DNA of 64,000 bases. Origin: Monocercomonoides exilis PA203 (taxonomy: Eukaryota > Protista > Preaxostyla). Location of the stretch: assembly GCA_001643675.2 (NCBI GenBank), contig LSRY02000003.1:868001-932000 (forward strand), in the 5' to 3' direction. The position numbers and the translations under genes are program-made. A model generated the notes under the pieces. The model was not told the origin of the DNA. It did no database searches and saw nothing but the letters and a program-made list of their open reading frames with translations. Below are positions 48,040-58,000 of this stretch, one piece after another; positions within the stretch are counted from its first letter, which is position 1; every line of letters begins with the position of its first letter.

Positions 48040-48430
48040 TGACAAATGAAAAGGCACAATCCAGTGATGCAATCTTCGTATCATTCTTCCATCTAGTTAA
48101 ACATTTTCCTTTTCAGCTCTTTCCTTCTTTCTTCTTCTTCTTCTTCTTCTTCTTCTTCTTCTTCTTCTTCTTCTTCTTCTTCTTCTTCTTCTTCTTCTTC
48201 TTCTTCTTCTTCTTCTTCTTCTTCTTCTTCATTCTTTTCTTTCAATCTTTCCAAAACATTCACAAAAATTTCCACACATTCTTGTGCCATTTCTTCGTTC
48301 ATAGTTGTTCTCTGAATCTCCTTCAAAATAGCTCAACTGCTCCATTCCACGAAAAGTTCTCCATCTTTAAAGCAATATTATCTTCCTCCGCTTCAAATGA
48401 AATTGAGCATTTCTTCTTTCTTTCTCCGTA
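48040..48430 (-). pseudogene. C-terminal fragment of the same helical family, with a poly-Glu expansion
   Basis: EIQRTTMNEEMAQECVEIFVNV..LKEK..KRKMFN parallels EMQRQTLNDKIAYNGFIFFINV..MKEK..KKKIYN at 47265-47410. Confidence 0.7.
48129..48230 (+). repeat. Perfect (TTC)34 microsatellite
   Basis: 102 bp of uninterrupted TTC. Confidence 0.95.
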
Positions 48431-50431
48431 ATCATAACTAGATGCCAGATAAAAATTAACAATGCTGTTTGTTAGAGAAGCGGATTCTTCGTTCTATGAT
48501 TTAAGTCATTGAAAGCAATATTGATTCTTGTTTAATCCAAAGCACATTAAAGTGCGAAGAATGTTTTTTTTTCGAAAAATATACAAAATTTTCAAACCTG
48601 TTAAAAACAAGAAAATGTTATGGGATTGATCAAAAGAAAAATAAAAAATTGTTAAAAACACTTTTTCGACAAAAATAACTTATTTTAAATAAATTTATAT
48701 TCCATTTTGTTTAGTTATAAATATATAAAAAATATTTTATCCATGGTCCATACACTTGTAACTTGCCAAATTATCTTCGAATTCTTTTCATCGACTTTTT
48801 GCAACTTCCGAATATCTTCAATTTTCATCACCTTCGCAGAAATTTTAAGAAATAAAGAAGAAATATCCATTATCGTGGAAGGTCGCCGTGGGGTCGCACG
48901 CAATATCCAACGGAGCATGAACAAGAGGGATAGCTGCTATCAAAGCAAAGCGTGAAGTCGGAAAAGCTGGACGGCCAACAATAATAACCAAAAATTAACT
49001 TGAAAAGGTGGAGAATCAAACAATCGCTTTATTGTCTGAACAAAAAATTATTCGACTCAAGGATATTCAATCGATGGTTTGCAGACTTTTTTATTTTATT
49101 TATTAATTATTTTGATTATTTAGATTCAAGAAGTGATCAATACTGAAGCAGAGAATAAAGAAGTTAAAAAGAAAGTCAATTCTTAATATTCAAATGATCA
49201 TATAAAAAGAAGCTCCATTTTGAAAGCTACTGTATCAAGGCCAATGGAAATAGCAAAGATTTGTGCACAATCCCCGGAAACAACACGCGCGTGGTTCGAA
49301 AAGTTGTATGCCTTAATCACATCTAGTGAAATTAATTAAACATATATCCACAATTTCGACGAATCTTCCATCCGAGTTGGCGATGGAACTACAAAACTTG
49401 TCATTTGTTTAAAGAATCAATCACCTCCTTCTCCATCATCTTTGCCGAACACTGAAAATACAACAATTTGTGTTTTATTTGTGCAGATAAGTCACATTTG
49501 CCATTCTTTTTAATATTTCCGCAAAAAAGAAACATTCAGAATTTTCATTTCTTTCTTCGTTCAATGTGAATTATTTAGGATCCACATCCGGATGGATTTC
49601 AACGGAAATATTTCCACAAATAATGATAAAGGAGTGGATTCCTATGACAGCAGAAAAACTTAAATTGTCAACATCAAAGAAAGCACTCATTGTTTTGGAC
49701 AACTATCGAACGCATCATAATTCAAAAGTCAAAAAGTTTGCAGAACAGAACAACGTGATCATCGAATATTTTCCCCCAAATATGACACACCTCCTCCAGC
49801 CCTGTGACAATTGTGTCTTTGCCAGATTAAAACAAGCGCTCCAAAACTCTTTCGTGAGACTAGTTAATTTCTCAACTTCTTCGTTCAGAAAAGCCATGAC
49901 AGATGTTTTGCCGGAAGCTTTGCCAGCAGATACATCTCCTTCCGTTGTGAAAACAGCATTTCTGAATACAGATGTTTATTTCGTGGCTGCTGCACCTGTG
50001 CCACATTGAGTGCTCGGCGCTCCATTATCTTCAGAAAAATCGACGTCATCAGATTTATCCTCTCAAAACATGAAGAAAAGCTTATTCAAAGAATTTTCTC
50101 CAAAAGAAAATCGCCAAATGAAGGAGAAATGAAATGAAAAGCATGAGACTGAAATGAGGATACCAGAAGAAATTAAAGAAAACTGTTTTGTTTTCAAAGA
50201 AGTGAAAAAGAAGAACAGAAGGCGATTGATGAACCACTTTGTGTGAAGAAAAAGATCAAAAGACAAAGAAGAAAAAAGATAAATGATAATTTTTTGTGCG
50301 AATATGAAATATTTTGCATGTTCAATAATGAAGAAACTGAAACAAAGGATCCCACAGCTGAGCGAAGTTCGCTCAAAATGAGAATTATAGAAGATGATTC
50401 AAATGCAGAGGACACGAAAAAAACTGATAAA

Positions 50432-50672
50432 TGGGTTATTCTTTTTGAAAAGTCACAAATGTAAATATTTCATATGAACAAATATTTCATATTTTGATCA
50501 AATTTTTGTTAACATATACCAAACTTCACTAATACAGAATCTATCTCTTGATAATGACATTTCAAACATTCTTAAAAAGATTCGTGAGTGGAAATAAAAA
50601 CTTGATCAAAATATAAAATTTTTGATTTTTTTGAAAATTAAACATATGTGACTTTTCAAAAAGAATTATGCA
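50432..50672. mobile_element. Foldback MITE, family C, nested in the second pogo element
   Basis: ATTCTTTTTGAAAAGTCACAAATGT is mirrored by ACATATGTGACTTTTCAAAAAGAAT. Inner pair TATTTTGATCAA / TTGATCAAAATA. Confidence 0.65.
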
Positions 50673-50801
50673 AATAAAACCGTTTATTCATATTTAAAAA
50701 TCCGACCTAAAAGTTCAATTTTTTCTGAAATTTGTTCTTTTATCATCAAAACATTTCAAGCTATTTTTATCAATAGCTTGCAATAATAAATATGTTATAT
50801 C

Positions 50802-51043
50802 TGTCTGAATTTTTTTGAAAAGTTCCTTTTGTTAAATTTTCAAATAAAGAAAAAATTTCATATTTCAATAAAATCTCTGTTCACACTTACGAAACTTCAC
50901 AAAAACAGAAATAATACCACTGTCAAGATTTTGTTTTCATGACAGAGAAATTTGGTGAGTGGGAACAGAAATTTGATCGAAATATGAAAATTTTTCTTTA
51001 TTTGAAAATTTAACAAAAGGAACTTTTCAAAAAAATTTAGACA
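50802..51043. mobile_element. Foldback MITE, family B copy 2
   Basis: TGTCTGAATTTTTTTGAAAAGTTCCTTTTGTTAAATTTTCAAATAAAG has a near-perfect reverse complement ending at 51043. Confidence 0.78.
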
Positions 51044-51607
51044 TCTGTTTGTTTTCTATTTTTATAAACTTAAAAATTTGAAGAACGTAATTTAAATGGA
51101 ATAAAAAAGTACTATTATTCCAGAATGAAGAAAGAAATTGACATTACAGAATGTTCTCAACTTCAGGGTTTTCCACGACCTCCCGGGTTTTCCACTAAGG
51201 GTATATAATTATTTTCTCTGGAAACCCTGAAAAATAAAAAATTAATTGTCTGCTTATTCATTTTTTGAAAAGAGATTTTGTGCGCATCTCAAAAGAGAAT
51301 AAATGTTTAAATTTTTTTTTAAATTATTATTATTATTATTATTATTAAGGTTTTGATAAAATATGCGCACAATTTAATTTCAAATCTGGATGATTTACAA
51401 TCCTATCTTCGTCTTTTGAAAGAATTTTATCAAAATTCCTCCTAATAATAAAAAAAAAATTTCATTTTAATTTTGCTTGTTATTCAGAAGCAAAGGGCTT
51501 AAAAAAACCCTGAAAAGAAAGAAACAAACAAAAAGAAATGACTACATATGAAGTCGAGCTTATTTCCGAATCACAGATAAAACCAAAACATAATTGTGGT
51601 GAGAAGC

Positions 51608-52267
51608 TTAGAAGCCCCACATTCCACCTCTTCCTCCATTGATGCAGTTGTACCCTCCATTATTGACACAATTCATGCCCGCTGCATTTCCATAGCAATT
51701 TGAAGCACCTCCGTAGTTTCCTGCTCCGTACATGTTGTTGTTGGCAGCTGCAGCATTCAAGTTGGCTGCTCCATATCCATTTGTTCCAGATGCGCAACAA
51801 TCATTGATATTATGAACCAAAACTTCATTTGCATTACGGACAGCATAGTTGTTGTTTCCATAGCAGTTGGCTGCATTCACATTTGCAATGCAGTTGTTGT
51901 TATTAACACCTGCAGCTTGTTGTCCATAGGCACAGTTGTTATTTCCAGCTCCATATGCATTTGCGCAGTTTTGATTTCCATATCCAGCCATTTGGGCACC
52001 GCCGTATCCGCTTTGATATCCGAAAGGCCACATTCCACGTCCGCATCCTCCGCAGCCACCGCATCCGCCCCATCCTGGGAAGCCCCATCCGCCCATTCCG
52101 CATCCATTTCCGCATCCACCGCATCCTCCACAACCTCCACAACCTCCGCATCCTCCGCACCCACAAAGACAGTCAAAACAATCATAACTGTCATATGGGT
52201 TATAGTAGTTGAAACTATTGAAAAATTGTGCAGATGCAAGACCGAAAAGTGCAAAAATAATGCTCAT
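51608..52267 (-). CDS. Secreted Gly/Cys/Asn/Tyr-rich protein (219 aa), candidate structural or cyst-wall protein
   Basis: Single-exon ORF, ATG to TAA. Short signal peptide MSIIFALFGLASA, (CGG)n repeats, Asn/Ala/Tyr-rich core and strong GGA codon bias. Confidence 0.85.
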   Translation of the reverse strand: MSIIFALFGLASAQFFNSFNYYNPYDSYDCFDCLCGCGGCGGCGGCGGCGGCGNGCGMGGWGFPGWGGCGGCGGCGRGMWPFGYQSGYGGAQMAGYGNQNCANAYGAGNNNCAYGQQAAGVNNNNCIANVNAANCYGNNNYAVRNANEVLVHNINDCCASGTNGYGAANLNAAAANNNMYGAGNYGGASNCYGNAAGMNCVNNGGYNCINGGRGGMWGF

Positions 52268-52639
52268 TAATTATTCACAAATAATGCAGTGATTCGAACA
52301 GCAAGTGCAGTTATATATTAATTTTCCATGTCAATTTACAATCGTATCAAAAAATATGAATATCGGTTTGTTATCATTATGGGAATTTTTGAATATTTTT
52401 CAACAGAAATTTTTTGTATCCAAAAATTCTTTCTTATTGTTTTTATTGCAATTCAATGATTATTAATAATAAATAACATTGATAAATTTTCACTTTATTG
52501 ACAAATCTCTTGACTTTTATTTAGAATTGAAAACATGTAAACTTTTTTAATGGAAAGAAAAATGATGTGAATTTAAACACTATTATAGCTGTTCATCACG
52601 AAATTATTACTGATTATTCACTTTTCAATAATATCATGA

Positions 52640-54922
52640 TCATTTCCATTCTGCTCCATTTACAATAACATAGGAGTGATTTCTCTTAACCCAGGAAGAA
52701 GAAATAACAGATTCTGATGAAGAGCTTGAAGTGGAAGAAGAAGAAGAAGAAGAACTTTCAGGTGAAGAAGAAGATGATGTGTTAGACAGAGAGAAGTGAA
52801 GCGTTTTACGAGAAGAAAAGGGATTTGGCTGAGGACGAGGTCGAGTTACAAAGCAAGCTTTTCTGAAAAGAAAAGAAAAGAAAAGAAAAAAAAAATTTTT
52901 TTTTTCCATGAAAAATCCAACAGTTACAACACAATTGAAAAAAGTGTTCAGATCCATGCAAATAAATAGATAAATAAATAAAGGATATTTGTTGCTATTT
53001 ATAACTTGTACAAAAATTTTTCATCTAAAAGATTTATTTCAATTCACAACATGTTAAAACGCTCTCAATCTGATTTTCATTTCATTTCATTTCCTTTCTT
53101 TCTTTCTTTCTTTCTTATCAACTTCCATTCAATGATTCATTCTTTCCGCACAAACCTTGTCTGTAAATAGTGAATATTAGCTTTTGAATCATCCTCGTCA
53201 TTGCAAAAAGTAATTAGAACCGGAACTTTAAAGCGAAGAACTTCTTCAAAAGCTCTTTCCCATGGATCGATACACGGCTGCTCAGCAACAAACATGAAAG
53301 AGATACAAAATGCAGAAATTAATAATCATCAAAAGAAAAAAGAAAATAAAACAGATGAGTTTTACAGAAATTATTAAAATAAAAAAAAAGAATTACAAGT
53401 TCAAAATAAATACGGAATATTTACGTTATAAACAAAAAGGAGACAATTCATTTTTCCTCTTAAAACTTTTCCTTTTTGAAATTATGAAAAAAACAAAACT
53501 CAATTTCAAAATTGGATTTTTTTACCAACAAACCATTGAAAAATGTTCAGTTATTGATGGAAGATGATATTTATTAGCTTTTTTAGATAAAGTCTCAGAA
53601 GTCCCAGCCTTTTCTTTAACTTCTACATCATCCTTCACTTCATCGCATTTATCTTTCACTTCATCAATAATATTTTCTTCCTTTGAACAACTTTCACTTT
53701 CTTTAACATCTGATTGTTTTCCTTCTTCAACTGATTTTTTATCAACATCTTTATTTTCATTTATCTTCTTGCTTTCATCAACAGCTACAAAGCCAAGTCC
53801 TGGGTTAAACATAACAATCATCAACGGCTTTTCAACTTCCACATCATCATCATCATGAATACAATTATCTTTATTATCTGTTTCATTTTCCTTTTTGTTT
53901 ATATCTTCCATTTTATTGGTTCTATCTTCTTTTCCTTCACATCCCTTTCTTTCTTTCTCATCAAAACCACTATTTTGTTGTGAACATTTTTCATTAATTT
54001 TTTCACTGCCGGAAACATCTTCTTTCTTCATTCGAGCCATCGAACGTTCTCCTTCCACCCAATTTTCAAATGAATCACAAATAAACGTTGCAAATACATT
54101 CCGACTAATAAATCTAACTTTTGGCGCATGCTGTTGACTCAGTTGTGGTCCGATGACAACAAGTCCAAACATGCTTTCTGGATAAAAAGCTCCTGTATTC
54201 AAGTAACATTCGAGAAGTTGATTGTTCATTTTGATGATTGCATTGTACAAATAAGATACATTAAATTCACAATATTAGATATTTGTGAATTAAAAAAACA
54301 ATATTCAAATATTTGAAAAAGAAAGGTGTTAATGGTTGGAAAAAAAAACTTTCACACCAAGTTCAGCCCAACACTTTGCTCCAAGAATTTGATCATCCAT
54401 TTGAGCTTCCTCAACAGAAGAGTTTGCACCAACAATGTAAATGAAATTTTGGTGCTCAATTCCAGTTTTTGGTTTAATACCAATCTGTTGAAAAGCATAC
54501 AAAATTGATAGAGGATATGAAAGCCCATCTGTCAACTGCTCCACAAACGGATTCGATAATAATGTTGGAGTTATCGCTTGAGAAAATATATGCCTTTTGA
54601 AGAAGTAATCGTTCCAGTCTAGCAACGGGAAACTTTTCTTTATTTCAGAAAAATCTGAAAGCAAATTTATAATTTTGCTCCAAAAAGAAAAAAGCAAACT
54701 TATTGATTGAATTCCAGAAGCATTTAACAATCTTTGAAAAGCACATTTCGGTTTGTGATTCTTCCAATCTTGACGTTGATGCTCTCTTGAACTTAATAAA
54801 TAAAACTATCTTTAAAATGACAATCATAAAAAAAAGAAACACCAATAAGAAGCATTCCTACATGCAGAACACTGAAACTTACTTTCCTTTCCACAAACAA
54901 TGCATGACTTTTTCACTGACAT
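52640..54922 (-). CDS. MYND zinc finger plus MSS51/ZMYND15-like C-terminal domain protein (multi-exon)
   Basis: ATG at 54922. Intron 54792-54842 rebuilds CIVC..CSAC..YCSREHQRQDWKNHKPKC. Downstream motifs LSYPLS, IYIVGA, WAELG|AFYP (intron 54193-54357), VIGPQL, FNPGLG, W..PVLITF and PNPFSS. The remaining intron boundaries are less certain. Confidence 0.8.
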
Positions 54923-55045
54923 TGATTAAAAACAAAAAACAAAAATATATTTTGATCTGATGTATCCATAAATAAAATTTTTTAAAATTAAAATCCTTTG
55001 TTTATTGCTTTGCTTTTGTAAAATTGTTGTCGTTGCCATCTTGAA
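54923..55045. promoter_or_regulatory. 123-bp divergent intergenic region (probable bidirectional promoter)
   Basis: Head-to-head ATGs at 54922 (-) and 55046 (+). Confidence 0.5.
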
Positions 55046-58000
55046 ATGTTTCAATCAGCAGAGTTAATAGAATTGAAAAAGATATCTGCAACATTTCTTT
55101 CAATTCCACCGGATTTTTCTATAGAAATAATTCCAAGCATATCTTCATACGATCCTTTCGATTATTTTTTATCAGAGCCTTCGTGCATGAATTTATATCT
55201 GACTCTGCTTGAGGGATATGATTCTGTACTTGTTTCAAATGATCCCCCTCCATATGAACTTTTGGAATTGAACAAACGATATGAACCAAAAATATCTCTT
55301 TTCATCACAAAAACAAAGCAAATTTCTCTTACAAAAGATAAGATATTTAAAAACGTACAGATAATGCGTTTTGCTTCATCTGAATTAACACTTCTTCACG
55401 AATACCTTGAGCATTTTGGAAAATTTTCTCTTGATGCATTTGACCAACAAACTCAGAATACCCTTCTTTCAGAAAAATCAACGCTTGACCAAACAAAATT
55501 GAGATATTACAAAGCGTTACGGACAAAACTTCAGAAAGATACAGATATTTTCATTCAAGAACTTGAAGATGAAGCTGCAAGAATGACAGTTTACTCTTTT
55601 TAATTTTTGAAAGATTAATTTTGAAGCTGGTACATTTATTTTTCTCGAAAATCTTTTAGGGAAATGCAACGGCGCTATTTCGTCCCGAGAATTTCACAAC
55701 AGAAAGGGCAGCCCAAGTCTTAGAAGAGCAATTCCACAGTCTCGAAGAGTTGTTGATTCCGCCTTCGGATGCATTTTTCAACCGAATGCCCAACACTCTT
55801 GCGTACATAGAGTTCTGGGCAAAGCGTGCAGATGCGCTGTACCAGACGAAGGAGAACATGAAGTATCTTCTGAAGCAGAAGATGTTTCCCTCCAGGCGCG
55901 TGAAGCTGCTTCAGATGATCCACGCAGCAGGAAAGGAATACACAGCAGCAGCAACCAATGAGCGCTGTCTGTCGCTCCTTTTGCCTCAGATGAAGGCGTT
56001 CGCTTCGGCGCCGGCTGCGCTGTTCGGACAGTCTCTGGCCTCTCTCCACGCGTTCCTGAAGCTGATTATTTCTGCTGGCGAGAACACAAAAGGAGTCGTC
56101 AGGATCATCCCATTGCTTCCGCTCATTTTGCAGGACTTCATTTCGAAAGGGAAAGCGCACGTTTTGTTTGGAGGCGGTGGCGGAGGAAATTTCGACAAAA
56201 GAAGCGAAAGCAACTTGGCGGGAATGAGGGCAGAGGATAGCGAAGAAAGAAGAGATATGCACAACATGAGTGAAATGAAGGACTTTCGCAATGAATTTAC
56301 TTCATCGACTGCTGCACAGTCATCGCGAAGGAATTCCTTTTCCGACCCGTTTTCCTCGCCTTCCTTTTTTCCATCTGGCTGGTCGGCTCCTGAAACATCA
56401 TATATGTCATCATCATCTTCTTCTTCTTCGTATTCTTCTTCGCCTTCATATTCAAATTCATCGCTATCTCCTTCTGCAACATTATCGTCACCGTCTTCCT
56501 CATCTGCACTGTTAAACGAAGCAGCACATAACTCGACTTCTTTGCCAAGCCATTCTTCCTCTTCAGCAACTTCGTCAAATTTTCACCTTGAACCTTCCTA
56601 TTCTCACATGAATGCTTCGCTTTCATCCCTTTTAAAGCCATCTTTTTCTTCTTCTTCTTTTCCCGCTCCATCTCCTTCTACAAGCAAATCCTCGTTTTAT
56701 AATCATTCTCTTTCTTCTTCTCCTTCATCATCATCATCTTCTTCTTCCTCGATATCTTCTTCTTCTTCATCTTCTTCTTCCATCCTTCTTCGCATCCTCA
56801 ACACGATAGAATCCTCCAAAATCCTCAAAGAATCCATGCTCCTCTACCTCCAGCACACTCTCTCCTCTTCCTCCTTCCCTCACTTAGACTTGCTCTCTTT
56901 ATTCCAGCCACTCGAAGCCTTCATCGACCAATGCCGTGCAGTCGCTCTCCTGCACGACATGAGCACATTCGTGTCACATTTGCACGAGTTCCGCATCGGC
57001 GGCGCAAACGGGCGGGCCGCCGAGGAGCAGCTGCGGCAGATCCAGCAGCAGTTCATGTGTTTTGTCGAGTCTGTTGCAAATGATCTGCCAAACGTCTACA
57101 CCTCTGCCCACTCGTCGGCGAGGCTGAGGTCGATCTATTTGGTCTTCGAGGACACGGCAAATTCGATCGGTCAGGTGATTCTGACAGCGTTCGAAGGGCT
57201 GACGTCGCTGCAGGACATCATCTCATTACTCGCCATGATTGAGCTCAGACTGGACTACCCGAACGTGCTGATGGCGATTTTGAAGAAGATGGGGCTGATT
57301 TTCTCATTCATCGACAGAACAAGTCTGAAGATCGTGCAGGCTTACAGGCGTGTCGTGAGAGGGGTGCGAATACTTCCTTGGGCTATCCCGCTGTTCAATC
57401 AAATTCTGGCATTGAGGCAGCTGCTGTCTCAAGTTGACATTATGCTCTTCTTCTTTGAGATGGCACTTGATTTTGCAGCGCTCAGAGAGAAGAACGGTAT
57501 GTCTTCTGCTCAAAGACTGAACGCAATTGAAAGAATGCTCTCAAACTCGTCGTCTACTTCCTCACTGTCCTCCTCCGCTGTGCAGCCTTCTCCTTCTTTT
57601 CAGTCACAAACATATCAGTCATCTCGCAAACAGACACCAAACATTTCAAACATTTCAAACATATCATCCATATCATCTTCATTTCAGACACAACCTTTTT
57701 CATCATCCTCCTCCTCCTCATATTCTTCTTCTTCATCTTTATTTCCCCCTTCATCTCAATTCTCTCTTTCCACCAACACTCTTTCCTCTATCTCCACCCT
57801 CGCCTCCTCCGCAGCCACTCTCCAGTCCTTCGCCTCGCTCGTCACTGAATGGAACGCCGAAGTCACCTCCCGCCGCCAAAAGCTCCTCAAATTCCGCAAC
57901 GTTCTTGTTGCTTCCTTAGCCACCCGCAGAAACACGTGGCTCTCTCACATCGAACTGCAGCGTGCTGACCAGTTCCAGCAGCCCTGCTTCTCCCAAGCAC

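Larger units (their letters stand above)
42845..48767 (+). mobile_element. Merlin (IS1595/ISXO2-like) DNA transposon, 5923 bp, with internal host-gene cargo
   Basis: ~184-bp TIRs (42845-43028 and 48583-48767) start GGCAAGTTACAAGT and differ at only a handful of positions. Transposase lies just inside the left TIR. The flanking 8-mers AACTCATC and AAATTATC match 6/8. Confidence 0.9.
48768..51201 (+). mobile_element. Second pogo-like transposon, left end replaced by Merlin; decayed DD35D transposase
   Basis: Homologous to 12012-13905 from about codon 6: YIHNFDES, GWIST, LDNYRTH-(35 aa)-QPCD, and an intron at 49077-49123. Candidate right TIR GGGTTTTCCAC...GGGTTTTCCACTAAGGG followed by TA at 51202-03. 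Confidence 0.8.

Noticed and set aside
48039-48431. Poly-Phe ORF
   Set aside because: Antisense reading of the (GAA)34 poly-Glu tract.
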